Positions 26,454-36,931 of a DNA stretch of 64,000 nucleotides are shown piece after piece. Every line of letters starts with the position of its first letter. Position 1 is the stretch's first letter. The DNA lies in contig OZ244584.1 in the NCBI GenBank assembly GCA_965218115.1, positions 1,646,576-1,710,575 of the forward strand, in the 5' to 3' direction. Made by a program: the position numbers and the translations under genes. The notes below the pieces were generated by a model, which saw only the letters and a list, made by a program, of their open reading frames with translations, was not told where the DNA came from and did not search any database. The stretch comes from Dehalococcoidia bacterium. GTDB lineage: Bacteria > Chloroflexota > Dehalococcoidia > Bin125.

Positions 26454-26788
26454 CGCCTGCGCATCCTTCCTCCAGGTTGATGGTATCGCGTTCGTTCCTC
26501 ATCGTCAGAAATCCAACCGGTCACCACATGGGACATCCGATCCTGGTCGGAAGGCTCCAGGACGAAGGTCAACAGGAGGCCGGTTCTGTCGGGCCCGATC
26601 ATTTTCACTCGCTCCGGCTGAAAGCGAACGTTTCCCAGCTCGTCTTCGCGTTGCCTCGCTGGTTGGGCAAAGTACTTCGCCGGTCCTTCCCAGACGTCAT
26701 CGGCGTCATCGAGCGACAGCCCGTGCGCCCAGAGTTCATCATCGCTCGCATGGTTTCCGGTCACACCGCCGTATGGGATCTCAGGCAT
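26450..26788 (-). CDS. BrnT-like (DUF497) toxin
   Basis: 112 aa with …DELWAHGLSLDDADDVW… and …MIGPDRTGLLLTFVLEP…SHVVTGWISDDEERTRY. It follows the BrnT pattern (HG[ILV]xFxxA…; R[VI]IS.R.A…E…Y) and has toxin-first gene order, as in brnTA. Confidence 0.55.
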   Translation of the reverse strand: MPEIPYGGVTGNHASDDELWAHGLSLDDADDVWEGPAKYFAQPARQREDELGNVRFQPERVKMIGPDRTGLLLTFVLEPSDQDRMSHVVTGWISDDEERTRYHQPGGRMRRR

Positions 26789-26863
26789 TTCGATTCAAAC
26801 TTGATGACACGACGAAGCCCAGCCTTGCGGCTGGGCCTCGTGTTGAGCGCCGTTGTTGGAGAA

Positions 26864-28174
26864 CTAGACGCGCGCGGGCTCCGCGTCGAACTGCGCGGCC
26901 TCGGTCGAGCCGCTTAGCGCTGCGGTTGACGCCTGGCCCTCGGTGACGGTGAGCAGCACCTCGTCGAAGTAGGACGTGCCTGCCTCGCGCTGGTGCTTGG
27001 TCGCGGTGTAGCCCTCGGCCTCGGCGGCGAACTCGCCCTCCTGCAGCTCCACGTAGGCGGACATGCCGCGCTCGCGGTAGCCGTTCGCGAGGTTGAAGGT
27101 GTGGTAGTTGATCCCGTGCCAGCCAGCCAGCGTGATGAACTGGAAGCGGTAGCCCATGTCGGCGAGCTGCTCCTGGAACGTCGCGATCGTGGCCTCGTCG
27201 AGGTGACGCTTCCAGTTGAACGACGGCGAGCAGTTGTAGGAGAGCATCTTCTCGGGGAACTCGGCGTGGATCGCGTCGGCGAACTGGCGCGCCTCGTCGA
27301 TGTCCGGCGTTGAGGTCTCGCACCAGATCAGGTCGGCGTGGGGCGCGTAGGCGAGGCCCCGTGCGATCGCGGACTCGATGCCGCCGGTGACCGAGAAGTA
27401 GCCCTCGGCGGTGCGCTCGCCGGTGATGAACTCACGGTCGCGCTCGTCGATATCGGTGGTCAGCAGGGTCGCCGACAGCGCGTCGGTGCGGGCCATCACG
27501 ATCGCCGGCACGTCCATCATGTCGGCGGCGAGGCGGGCGGCCTGCAGCGTGCGCACGTGCGCGGAGGTGGGCACGAGCACCTTGCCGCCCATGTGGCCGC
27601 ACTTCTTCTCGGCCGCGAGCTGGTCCTCGAAGTGCACGCCGGCGGCGCCCGCTTCGATCATGTTGCGCATCAGCTCGAAGGCGTGGATCGGGCCGCCGAA
27701 GCCTGCCTCGGCGTCGGCCACGATCGGCAGGTAGTAGTCGAAGCGCGTGCGGCCTTCCAGGCGGTCCACCTGGTCGGCGCGCATCAGCGCGTTGTTGAGC
27801 CGCTTGACCAGCGAGGGGACGCTGTTGGACGGATACAGGCTCTGGTCCGGATAGGTGTGCTGCGCCAGGTTGGCGTCGGCCGCGACCTGCCAGCCGCTGA
27901 CATAGATCGCCTCGAGGCCGGCCTTGGCCATCTGCACGGCCTGGGCACCGGTCACGGCGCCGAAGGTGCGTACAAACGGGCGGTCCTGGAGCGAGTCCCA
28001 GAGCCGCTCCGCGCCGGCGCGGGCGAGGGTCGACTCGGGCAGGATCGACGGGCGCAGCTTGAGCGCGTCGGCCGCGCCATAGTTGCGTTCCACACCGCGC
28101 CAGCGCGCGTCGCGCTGCCAGGCGCGGTCCAGCGCCGATGCGTCAGTTGCCTGGTCCGTCCCGTTCTGCGTCAT
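26864..28174 (-). CDS. aceA: Isocitrate lyase
   Basis: 436 aa with the KKCGHMGGK catalytic motif. Confidence 0.9.
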   Translation of the reverse strand: MTQNGTDQATDASALDRAWQRDARWRGVERNYGAADALKLRPSILPESTLARAGAERLWDSLQDRPFVRTFGAVTGAQAVQMAKAGLEAIYVSGWQVAADANLAQHTYPDQSLYPSNSVPSLVKRLNNALMRADQVDRLEGRTRFDYYLPIVADAEAGFGGPIHAFELMRNMIEAGAAGVHFEDQLAAEKKCGHMGGKVLVPTSAHVRTLQAARLAADMMDVPAIVMARTDALSATLLTTDIDERDREFITGERTAEGYFSVTGGIESAIARGLAYAPHADLIWCETSTPDIDEARQFADAIHAEFPEKMLSYNCSPSFNWKRHLDEATIATFQEQLADMGYRFQFITLAGWHGINYHTFNLANGYRERGMSAYVELQEGEFAAEAEGYTATKHQREAGTSYFDEVLLTVTEGQASTAALSGSTEAAQFDAEPARV

Positions 28175-28243
28175 TCGGAGTCCCCTCTGTATGCCCGGCC
28201 GGTCGTCGATGACCGGTTGGTTCCGTGCTGATCGCGCGCATTC

Positions 28244-29833
28244 TCAGTCGAGATACGCGTAAGCCGGCTGCGTCAGAAACTCGGTGAACTCCTCGTTGAG
28301 GATCAGACCGTCGAGGATCTCGCGGGCGACGCCATAGCGCGACTCCGCGTCGCCGCCGAGCGCCTCGAGCTCCTCGTCGCGAATCTGCTCGTACAGCTCA
28401 GCGGTGATCACCCGGCCGTCGTCGAGCGTGGCGCCGTGATGGAGCCACTGCCAGATCTGGCCGCGCGAAATCTCCGCCGTCGCGGCGTCCTCCATCAGGT
28501 TGTTGATCGCGGCCGCGCCGTTGCCGTTGAGCCAGGAGTTCAGGTACTGCAGCGCCACACTGATGTTGAGCCGCAACCCGGCCTCCGTGATCGTGCCGCC
28601 GCTCTGGTCGAGCGAGAGCAGCTGCGGCGCCTCGATTTCAACATCGTCGCGCATCCGCTCGCGCTGATTGGGCTCGCCGTCGAGCGCCTCGGCGAAGATC
28701 TCGCGCGCGATCGACACGAGGTCGGGGTGAGCGACCCAGGTGCCGTCGAAGCCGTCGCTCGATTCGCGCTCCTTGTCGGCGCGGACGCCGGAGAGCGCGA
28801 TCTCGTTGATCGCGGGGTCGCGCCGGGAGGGAATGAAGGCGGCCATGCCACCCATCGCGTGGGCCCCGCGCTTGTGGCAGGTCTTGACCAACAGCTCGGT
28901 GTAGGAGCGCATGAACGGCGTCGTCATCGTGACCTGGACGCGGTCGGGCAGGGCGAACGTGGGCTGCGACTTGAAGCGCTTGACCGCGCTGAAGATGTAG
29001 TCCCAGCGGCCCGCGTTGAGGCCGGCGGAATGGTCGCGCAGTTCGTAGAGAATCTCTTCCATCTCGAACGCGGCGGGCAGCGTTTCGATCAGCACCGTGG
29101 CGCGGACGCTGCCCTGGGGCACGCCCAGCTCATCCTGCGCGGCGACGAACACATCGTTCCAGAGCCGCGCCTCGAGGTGGCTCTCCAGCTTCGCCAGGTA
29201 GAAGTAGGGGCCGGTCCCGCGGGCGACCCGCTCGGCCGCGTTGTGGAACATGTAGAGACCGAAGTCGAACAGGCTGGCCGAGATCGGCTCATCGTCGACC
29301 GTCACATGCTTTTCGTCGAGGTGCCAGCCGCGCGGACGGATCAGCAGCGTCGCGATCGTGTCGTTCAGCGTGCGGACGCTGCCGTCGGGGTTCTCGAAGG
29401 TGATCTCGCGGCGCACTGCATCGCGCGCGTTGATCTGGCCATTCACCACATTCGACCAGGTCGGCGAAAGCGAGTCCTCGAAGTCGGCCATGAATGCGTC
29501 GGCGCCGGAGTTCAGCGCGCCGATCATCATCTTGCGGTCGACCGGCCCGGTGATCTCGGCCCAGCGCTGCTGCAGGTCTTGCGGCGTCGGCGCGACCTTC
29601 CAGGCCCCGAAGCGAATCTCTTCGGTGTCGGAGAGAAAGTCGGGCATCACGCCGGCATCGAACTCGACCTGGCGCACGTCGCGGCGGGCCAGCAGCTCGC
29701 GTCGTCGTGCATTGAAGCGTCGGTGCAGCGCGGCGAGGAACGCCAACGCGTCCTCCGTCAGCACCGCTTCGAATCCCTCACTCAGCTCGCCGTGTACGTT
29801 CACGCCCCGTGGCAGCGTTAGCTCCGTCATCAT
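28244..29833 (-). CDS. aceB: Malate synthase A
   Basis: 529 aa with malate synthase A layout, immediately upstream of aceA. Confidence 0.9.
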   Translation of the reverse strand: MMTELTLPRGVNVHGELSEGFEAVLTEDALAFLAALHRRFNARRRELLARRDVRQVEFDAGVMPDFLSDTEEIRFGAWKVAPTPQDLQQRWAEITGPVDRKMMIGALNSGADAFMADFEDSLSPTWSNVVNGQINARDAVRREITFENPDGSVRTLNDTIATLLIRPRGWHLDEKHVTVDDEPISASLFDFGLYMFHNAAERVARGTGPYFYLAKLESHLEARLWNDVFVAAQDELGVPQGSVRATVLIETLPAAFEMEEILYELRDHSAGLNAGRWDYIFSAVKRFKSQPTFALPDRVQVTMTTPFMRSYTELLVKTCHKRGAHAMGGMAAFIPSRRDPAINEIALSGVRADKERESSDGFDGTWVAHPDLVSIAREIFAEALDGEPNQRERMRDDVEIEAPQLLSLDQSGGTITEAGLRLNISVALQYLNSWLNGNGAAAINNLMEDAATAEISRGQIWQWLHHGATLDDGRVITAELYEQIRDEELEALGGDAESRYGVAREILDGLILNEEFTEFLTQPAYAYLD

Positions 29834-30095
29834 CGTTCCAGCTCTCCGTGCTCTGCTCTCAGGAATGTTCCGCGATCCGGGCCCGACGGCCCGGGTGATC
29901 GGCGCGGATGTGAACGCCAGATTAAGCTAATCCGCCGCTCGCTCGCGTCAATGACTCGTGGGCCTCCCTATCGACAAGTTCAATACATACACGCACCAGC
30001 GCGATAGAGGGTCAGCGCCGACGTCCGCGGCGCGCGGTTCGGTAAACTGAATGCACGCGCCGCTGCCGGCGCCCAGCACATGATCGAGGTGTGGA

Positions 30096-30680
30096 ATGCC
30101 GCTCAAGAACAGCAAGACCACCGGTGACTTTGAGGTCACCGGCGTCAACCACCTCGCGCTGGTCTGCAGCGATATGCAGCGCACAGTCGACTTCTACACC
30201 GAGGTCCTCGGCTTCCCACTGATCAAGACGATCGAGCTGCCCAATGACATGGGCCAGCATTTCTTCTTCGACATGGGCAACGGCGCGAGCCTCGCGTTCT
30301 TCTGGTTCCCCGGAGCACCGGCGCCGCACCCGGGCATTTCGTCGCCCGACCCGAACACCTTCTTCGATCCCAGCGCGGAGCTGACCACCGCGATCGCCTC
30401 GATGAACCACATCGCCTTCGACGTGCCGGCGGACAAGATCGAGGCCTATCGGGACAAGCTGCTCGACCACGGTGTGCGCTGCACGCCGATCATGAACCAC
30501 GACGACTCGCCGCGCGGGATCAGCCGCGGGGTGAACGACACCACGTTCGTGCGGAGCGTCTACTTCTACGACCCGGACGGGATCATGCTCGAGTTCGCGG
30601 CCTGGACGCGCGAACTCCACGAGGGCGACGTAAGCCACGCCCCGGCCCGCGCCCTGGAGGCCGCCCTCTCCGGCGACTGA
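30096..30680 (+). CDS. VOC-family protein (glyoxalase/bleomycin-resistance/dioxygenase fold)
   Basis: 194 aa with VNHLALVCSDMQRTVDFYTEVLGF and paired βαβββ modules. Confidence 0.75.
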   Translation: MPLKNSKTTGDFEVTGVNHLALVCSDMQRTVDFYTEVLGFPLIKTIELPNDMGQHFFFDMGNGASLAFFWFPGAPAPHPGISSPDPNTFFDPSAELTTAIASMNHIAFDVPADKIEAYRDKLLDHGVRCTPIMNHDDSPRGISRGVNDTTFVRSVYFYDPDGIMLEFAAWTRELHEGDVSHAPARALEAALSGD

Positions 30681-30767
30681 GCGGGCGCGGCGCCGCCGGA
30701 CACGGAGCGGGCAGCCACTCGGTCGACGAGCAGCTGAGGCGGGCGGCAACTAATGAAGCTTCGAATA

Positions 30768-31300
30768 ACTCTCCCCCCGCTCTGCGGGGGGGAGATGTCA
30801 CGGAGTGACAGAGGGGGGCTCCCCCGCTCACCAACGGATCGCCCCCCTCTGCCTTCGGCATCTCCCCCCGCTTCGCGGGGGGAGAGGGGATCCAACGTGT
30901 TCACGGGATGCCTAATGCCTAACGGTCGCTTTGGGGTTGAACGGCATGAACGGAACCTGAACGAATCCGAACGCGGCTGAACGGCGACGATCCTGTCCCT
31001 GAGGCTGATCCTCGTATCTGGTAGCGATCCTCCGGGTCCTCTCTCCTCCCGCAGAGCGGGGGGAGATGCCACACGCAGAGGGGGGCTCGCGGCGCCCCCT
31101 CCGTCATTCCTGGGCCCCTCCGTCATTCCTGCGCAGGCAGGAATCCAGGCGATCTGTGGGGGGCAAGGGCTCTCCCAATGTTCGACGGCGCCCGCTTACG
31201 CGCGGTGAGCTGGGGCCTCTGATGGGCCGTCGGGCGGATGGAGGCTCGTCGCATGGTTAGGCGGTCGCATGGATTCCTGCCTCCGCAGGAATGACGGGGG
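30768..31300. repeat. Cluster of REP/MITE-like palindromic elements: family A copies, including a ~120-nt composite nearly identical to 37941-38040, and family B palindromes CATTCCTGCGCAGGCAGGAATC and GGATTCCTGCCTCCGCAGGAATG
   Basis: The inverted repeats and their recurrences were read directly from the sequence. Confidence 0.7.
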
Positions 31301-31524
31301 GGCAACAGCGCTGACTGGGTTGATCTGCAACACAGTTGCTCTGTCCCTCCGGGACCCCAGCGAAATTGGCCAACTGCTTACGCGCACGTAGCAGTCGCCA
31401 CACACGCGGCGTAGAGCCTGACTCACACGCGGGAACAAATCGGCGCCCGCGAGCGTACGGTAACTGTGCTCGAATAGCCCCTGATCCCGAGACGAACAGG
31501 GGCATGCGGCACGAAGGGAGGCGA

Positions 31525-33021
31525 ATGATGACGAACGAGAACCGGACGGAATCCGCTGCCCTCTTTGATGAGGTGGCTGTCTCCGAGGTGCGCGGCCCGA
31601 ACCGCCACCGCGCGGCGGATCGCCGCGCACGCGGGCGCGCTTCGATGCCGGACGAGACGGGACTGGGGAAGATCGACTGGGGCTTCGCCGAGGACGCCGA
31701 AACGGCGCCCGCGCGCGCACGCTCGCGGCGCACCGAACTGCCCGACACCGACGACCTGGTACGGCAGTATTTCACCGACATCGGCCAGCACGCGCTGCTG
31801 ACCCGCGAGGACGAGCAAGAGCTCGGTCGCGACATCGAGGCGGCGCACTGGCTGTACGGCGTCGAGGAGTCGCTTGAGGCCACGCTCGGCGTGCGACCGA
31901 CCGTCCGCCAGACCTGGATCGAGCTGCTCCGCCAGCTGTCCGAGCTGATGCCCGTCCTGCGCATCGTCGCCGGCGAACTCGGGATCTCCTACCGGCACCT
32001 GCACGAGCTGACCGCCGACCCTGACTTCCGCGAGATGATCGACGGCGCGATCAACCAGACGCTCGCCGTCAAGATCGCCGCGGAGCGCGGGATCGAGCAG
32101 TCCGGCGCCGAGGACCAGCTGATTGGACTGTCGGTCGTCACCGACCTGCTCACGCCGCGGCTGATCGCGGCGACCAGCCGGATGCTGGGCGGCGACCGTC
32201 AACTGCAGTCTCCGATCGGCGAAGCCAGCGCCGAGCTGCTCACGCCGCTCGACGGACGGATCCGCCGGCACCTGCGGCGGGTCAAGACGGCGGGCTACGA
32301 GGCCGAACAGCGGATGCTCGAGTCGAACCTGCGGCTCGTCGTGGCCGTGGCCAAGAAGTACCGCAACACCGACCTCGGCCTGCTCGACCTCGTGCAGGAG
32401 GGCAACGTCGGCCTGATTCGCGCCGTCGAGAAGTTCGACTACCGCCGCGGCAACAAGTTTTCCACCTACGCCACGTGGTGGATTCGCCAGGCGGTGACGC
32501 GCTCGATGGCGGACGCGGGGCGGGTGATCCGCATCCCGGTCCACACCAGCGAGCTGCTCAACAAGCTGCAGCGCGCGGAGCGGCGGTTCACGCAGGAGTA
32601 CCAGCGCGATCCCAACGAGACCGAGCTGTCCGAGCTGCTCGAACTGCCGATCGAGCGCGTGCGCGAGCTGCGCGCGATCAGCCGCACCCCGACCTCGCTC
32701 GACAAGGGCCTGGCGGAGGACGACGACACCGCGCTGGAGGACTTCATCGCCGACGAGCAGACGCCGTCGCCCGAGGAGGTCGCCACCCAGCGGGCCGGGT
32801 CGGCGGCGCTCGAGGACGCCCTAGACGCGCTTGACGAGCGCGAACGTGCGGTCATCTCGCTGCGCTTTGGGCTGGTCGACGGCGAGAGCCGCACGCTCGA
32901 ACAGGTCGGCAAGGAGTTCGACCTGACGCGCGAGCGGATTCGCCAGATTCAGGCCAACGCGTTCCGCAAGCTGCGCCGCCCGGAGCAGCTCAGCGCGCTG
33001 CGCGAGTACCTGTCGGCCTAG
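31525..33021 (+). CDS. Principal (group 1/2) sigma-70 family RNA polymerase sigma factor, RpoD/SigA-like
   Basis: Regions 2-4 are present (…DLVQEGNVGLIRAVEKFDYRRGNKFSTYATWWIRQ… and …LTRERIRQIQ…). The likely start is the in-frame ATG ATG at 31525, which follows a GGGAGG RBS. The ORF itself opens at 31336. Confidence 0.8.
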   Translation: MMTNENRTESAALFDEVAVSEVRGPNRHRAADRRARGRASMPDETGLGKIDWGFAEDAETAPARARSRRTELPDTDDLVRQYFTDIGQHALLTREDEQELGRDIEAAHWLYGVEESLEATLGVRPTVRQTWIELLRQLSELMPVLRIVAGELGISYRHLHELTADPDFREMIDGAINQTLAVKIAAERGIEQSGAEDQLIGLSVVTDLLTPRLIAATSRMLGGDRQLQSPIGEASAELLTPLDGRIRRHLRRVKTAGYEAEQRMLESNLRLVVAVAKKYRNTDLGLLDLVQEGNVGLIRAVEKFDYRRGNKFSTYATWWIRQAVTRSMADAGRVIRIPVHTSELLNKLQRAERRFTQEYQRDPNETELSELLELPIERVRELRAISRTPTSLDKGLAEDDDTALEDFIADEQTPSPEEVATQRAGSAALEDALDALDERERAVISLRFGLVDGESRTLEQVGKEFDLTRERIRQIQANAFRKLRRPEQLSALREYLSA

Positions 33022-33085
33022 TCATCGATGACGCAGCCTGCCGTCGCGGGGCCTCCGGCCCTGCGGCGGCTACGCTGCGCAGCAC

Positions 33086-33157
33086 GCGGGGGTAGCTCAG
33101 GGGTAGAGCTCCTGCCTTCCAAGCAGGTGGCCGCGGGTTCGAATCCCGTCCCCCGCT
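33086..33157 (+). tRNA. tRNA-Gly (anticodon TCC)
   Basis: Cloverleaf by eye: GCGGGGG acceptor, GCTC/GAGC D-stem, CCTGC-cttCCaa-GCAGG anticodon arm, GGTTCGAATCC T-loop and a U discriminator. The CCA end is not encoded. Confidence 0.8.
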
Positions 33158-33263
33158 CCCCGAATCGCCCAAGCAGGGCGATCCGGCATCGGGCCTTGCC
33201 ACAAGCGCGTCGACCCTCAACATCACGCAGACATCGGACCGCATCGGGAGATGCTCTGGTGCG

Positions 33264-34337
33264 CTATCTGAGGGGCCAGATGACCTCGGTGAGCCACTTG
33301 GAGGGGTCGGGCTCGGCGCCGGGGTCGGTGAGGTAGCGCTCGCGCGGCTCGCCGCTCAATTCGCGCCCGCTCTCCGCGCTCCAGGCCATGATCGCCTCGT
33401 AGGCGGTGGAGAGGGCTTCGTAGGGTCCGTAGTAGTCGACCTTGGCCGCTTCGCCGGCGGGCAGCTCGAGCACCGCCAGCGGCGGCTCCGGGGCGTAGCC
33501 GGCGCCCACTTCGAGGCCGGCCGACATGTCGGCGCGCTCGCTGTCCATGAAGTGGTAGACGGCCGTCGGGACGCCGATCTCGGGCGCGCCCTCGCGCTGC
33601 ATCTGCCCGTACGCGCCGGGGAACATGCGCGCGAACGCCTGCGCGAGGTCGGCCGTGGCGACCTCCTCGCGGAACGCCGCCAAGAACTGAGTGGGTAGCT
33701 GCACCAGCTGAACATCAAGCGTCATCGATCGCTCCTTCAACCGTGCACTGCCAATCGGGCCGCGCGAGCACCATATTACCTGCAATTCGGTCACAATCGC
33801 GTCGACGCGGCGGTCGCTGCCGGTCATCGGGACGGCGTCCAACACCTGCATGTCATATCCCAGCCCAACCCGAATCGCCGTCGATTCGGCGAGCAGGCGG
33901 TCGTAGTAGCCACGCCCGATGCCCAGTCGTCCGCCGGTGCGATCGAACGCGAGACCCGGCAGCAGGAACAGATCGACCTCCGCCGGCTCGACGACCTGTG
34001 TACGCGTCGGGTCTGGCTCGAGCAGGCCGAACGAAGCGGGAACCAGCTGGTCGAGATCGCTGACGCGACGCAGCTCGAGATCGGGGCCCGCGACACGCGG
34101 GCAGACGAGCGTCTTGCCGGCTGCGAGGCAGATCCGGGCCAGCTCGAGTGTCTCCACCTCTCCGGGCAACGCGCCGATGAAGAGCTGGACGGTCGCGGCG
34201 GCCTGCCACGGCCTGAACGACGCGACTCGCGCCGCGATCGCCGATGACCAGGCTCGTCGCAGCTCGGGCGGCAGCGCGGCGCGCGAGCGCCGCTGCGGCG
34301 CGCGCAGTTCCGCTTTTGCCTCGCTCAGATCGTCCAT
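33264..34337 (-). CDS. 5-formyltetrahydrofolate cyclo-ligase (N-terminal ~190 aa) continuous in frame with a GyrI-like/AraC-effector-binding domain (C-terminal ~150 aa, internal start MTLDVQ at 33725). This is either a fusion or two overlapping genes.
   Basis: The N-terminus has 5-FCL motifs (…GIGRGYYDR…). The C-terminus has the GyrI-like fold pattern (…VYHFMDSE…YYGPYEAL…). There is no stop between the two domains. Confidence 0.55.
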   Translation of the reverse strand: MDDLSEAKAELRAPQRRSRAALPPELRRAWSSAIAARVASFRPWQAAATVQLFIGALPGEVETLELARICLAAGKTLVCPRVAGPDLELRRVSDLDQLVPASFGLLEPDPTRTQVVEPAEVDLFLLPGLAFDRTGGRLGIGRGYYDRLLAESTAIRVGLGYDMQVLDAVPMTGSDRRVDAIVTELQVIWCSRGPIGSARLKERSMTLDVQLVQLPTQFLAAFREEVATADLAQAFARMFPGAYGQMQREGAPEIGVPTAVYHFMDSERADMSAGLEVGAGYAPEPPLAVLELPAGEAAKVDYYGPYEALSTAYEAIMAWSAESGRELSGEPRERYLTDPGAEPDPSKWLTEVIWPLR

Positions 34338-34343
34338 TCGGCC

Positions 34344-35252
34344 CTAGGGCAGCCCGGCTCCGCCGACCTCGACATCGAACGCGCGGATCCGGCCGGTGCG
34401 CGGGTCGCCGGGCTGCGGCGCGGCGGTCACCGCTTCGAGCGTGAATAGCGTCTTGCGTTCGGGTCCGCCGAGCATGCAGGCGTAGACGCCGAAGTCCTCG
34501 ACATCGATTCGCTCCAGCAGCTCGCCGCCCTCTGCGACGCGCGCGACGGCGCCCGGCGTGGTCGGCACCGCAACCCAGATGCAGCCCTCGGCGTCGAGGC
34601 AGATGCCGTCGGGCGGGAACCCGAGATCGGCCCAGACGCGCTGATTGCTCAGCGAGCCGTCGGCCTCGATGTCGAACGCGGTCAGGCGCTGGCCCATGCT
34701 TTCGCCGACGATCAGCGTCTTGCCGTCGGGTGTGATCACCGTGCCGTTGGGGAACTCGATGCCATCGGCCACGACGCGCGCGTCACCATCGGGGGTGACC
34801 AGCACGATCGTCGTGGCGCGCGGCGATTCGCCCGCCTGGAAGTTGAAGCCGAAGTTGCCGATGTAGGCATTGCCCTCGGCGTCGACCACCATGTCGTTGC
34901 AGTGGTACGGCGCGTATTGGCTGATGTCGGCGACTTCGTAGAGCCCGTCCGGGTCGAGGCGCAGCAGCTTGCGGTCGACCATCGAAACCACGAGCAAGCG
35001 ACCGTCGGGCAGCCAGCCCAGCCCCGACGGTTGCTGCGGGACCTCGACGATCGTTTCGCGGTTGCCGTCCATGTCGACGGCCACGACCTCATGCGCGTGC
35101 ATGTCGGAGAACCACAGCCGCCCCTCATGCCAGCGCGGCCCCTCCGGAAAGACCAAGTTGCCCAGGATCAAGTGTGGCTCGCTGGTCATGGGGACCTCAT
35201 CTCCTCTTAGGGCAGTGTAGAACTCAGGGCGCCGACCCCCGATAGAATCCAT
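34344..35252 (-). CDS. SMP-30/gluconolactonase/LRE-family protein
   Basis: 302 aa with six-bladed β-propeller repeats (…EGPRWHEGRLWFSD…, …CNDMVVDAEGNAYIGN…). Confidence 0.8.
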   Translation of the reverse strand: MDSIGGRRPEFYTALRGDEVPMTSEPHLILGNLVFPEGPRWHEGRLWFSDMHAHEVVAVDMDGNRETIVEVPQQPSGLGWLPDGRLLVVSMVDRKLLRLDPDGLYEVADISQYAPYHCNDMVVDAEGNAYIGNFGFNFQAGESPRATTIVLVTPDGDARVVADGIEFPNGTVITPDGKTLIVGESMGQRLTAFDIEADGSLSNQRVWADLGFPPDGICLDAEGCIWVAVPTTPGAVARVAEGGELLERIDVEDFGVYACMLGGPERKTLFTLEAVTAAPQPGDPRTGRIRAFDVEVGGAGLP

Positions 35253-35260
35253 GTGCCGAT

Positions 35261-35881
35261 GTGAAGGCCGACCCGATCAGGCGACGTAGAACGGTGCGGT
35301 TCGATACGAGCATTCTCGTTGCGGCCATTCCTGTGGCACTAGCCGGATCTGCATACGCAGCATCACGGCCGGATACGACCACGGCGCTCTCTTACTACAG
35401 GGCGGGTGCCGATCTCAAACTTGCAGGTGAGGCAAACGCGATGTCTGTGATCCCGAAATCTGGCCCTTCACCGGTGGTCGTCGTAGGACCGGCACTCTAC
35501 GTAAGAACAACAGAGTCTATCGCGATGATCGTGTTTGAGTGCACGCCGGACGCTCTTGGGGACTTTGTCGCACTCGGCCCGCGCTCTTGTCTTGCGGGAT
35601 CAGCCGTCTCGAGCTTGGCATTGCCATCTGACAAAGCAGGCCACACTAACCACGCGGCTACTTTCACCACCGATGCAAGAGCGCTTGGAGATTTCGCCAG
35701 ATTTAGTGATGTTGAGCGGCGAAATCTCCTGCGCACCGCCCACGAACACCACTCAGAAGCTAGCACACCGATTGTGATCAGTCCAACACTCGCATCGCCG
35801 CCGCGTCCGATTGGTGTCATGTATATTTCAGGGAACTTGAAGAAGTCAGCAATCCTCAACTACTTTCTCAAGTGTCGCTGA
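35261..35881 (+). CDS. Hypothetical, probably exported, protein in a lower-GC patch
   Basis: 206 aa with an N-terminal RRRR…hydrophobic…AYAAS signal-like segment. No family was recognised. Confidence 0.35.
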   Translation: MKADPIRRRRTVRFDTSILVAAIPVALAGSAYAASRPDTTTALSYYRAGADLKLAGEANAMSVIPKSGPSPVVVVGPALYVRTTESIAMIVFECTPDALGDFVALGPRSCLAGSAVSSLALPSDKAGHTNHAATFTTDARALGDFARFSDVERRNLLRTAHEHHSEASTPIVISPTLASPPRPIGVMYISGNLKKSAILNYFLKCR

Positions 35882-36676
35882 GTCAGGAACGGCAGGCACC
35901 TATCGCGTCGCTTTATTCGCGATCGCTGTCGCTCCCGAGTTGAGGTCGGAGAACGAAATGGTGGAGATCATCATCGGTACAGTCGTCGGGGGAGTCATTC
36001 TTACTGCGTTAGGATGGGCCGTCCCGCGCCTTCCTAGGATTTACGCACGTCACATCCGCCCCTCGTATGGGCCACACTTCTTGATCGCGACAACTAGTCC
36101 GTGGGACGATCCTGACCCTCCGCCATATCCTGACAACTGGAGTGCTCGACTGATCGAAGCGATCAAATCGGGTTGGGCCAACATCTCGGTCTGCCTGAGG
36201 CTACGGAGAATGTAGCTGTGATGCGTGGAGACTCCACGAGCTGACGCTTGTGGACCGTGTTGCGACGATGACCACCGACGGCGATCAGCAGACACCGACA
36301 GCCACGTGTCGGCGGGCAGTGGTTCAGAGCAGCGAGCCACAGGGAAAGCGGCGAAACTGTATCGCCCCTAAAGGAACACAGCCCAGACCGACCACCACAG
36401 CCCGGACTCCGACCTACGCCTCGGTTCGCGGTCGGTCAGCTCAAGCGCGGCCCCCATGACAAAGCGCGTGATCCCCTCCGGGCAGCAGGGGTACCTGCCG
36501 GCAGTCGATCGATTCCCCCGGTGCTGAGTTGGACCTCAATGACGATCGAACCGGTCCCCGTCTACGAACGGTCGTAGGCGATCACTTCGGCCTCCTCAAT
36601 CGGCGAATTCACGACGTGTGCCGAATCTTCGCGCTCGCTCATCTGCCGAGCACCGTCCCACCGCGGCTACGGCGGC

Positions 36677-36931
36677 TCAGGCGGACTCGCGCAGCCGCTG
36701 CTCGGCCTTGCGCTTGGCCTCGCGGTCGGCCAACTCCAGGGCGGCGCGCTTGATGAAACGGGCATACCTGCCGCGAGTGACAGCCTCCCTGAGCCGGTCG
36801 ATCTCCTCAGAACTGAACTCAACCTCAATCACGAACGAGCCGGGCCCCATCTGTGATGGATCGTATGCAACCTCTTCCGCCTCCCCGATCGGCGGGTCAA
36901 CAATGTGGACAGGCTCCAAGCGTTCGCTCAT
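36677..36931 (-). CDS. BrnA-like antitoxin
   Basis: 84 aa, …IEVEFSSEEIDRLREAVTRGRYARFIKRAALELADREAKRKAEQRLRESA, with a 4-nt overlap with the upstream toxin. Confidence 0.5.
   Translation of the reverse strand: MSERLEPVHIVDPPIGEAEEVAYDPSQMGPGSFVIEVEFSSEEIDRLREAVTRGRYARFIKRAALELADREAKRKAEQRLRESA

Noticed and set aside
31196-31964. Minus-strand ORFs of 174-235 aa across the repeat cluster and the 5' end of the sigma factor gene
   Set aside because: They overlap the repeat block and the antisense strand of a strongly supported sigma-70 gene, with low-complexity R/S/P-rich translations.
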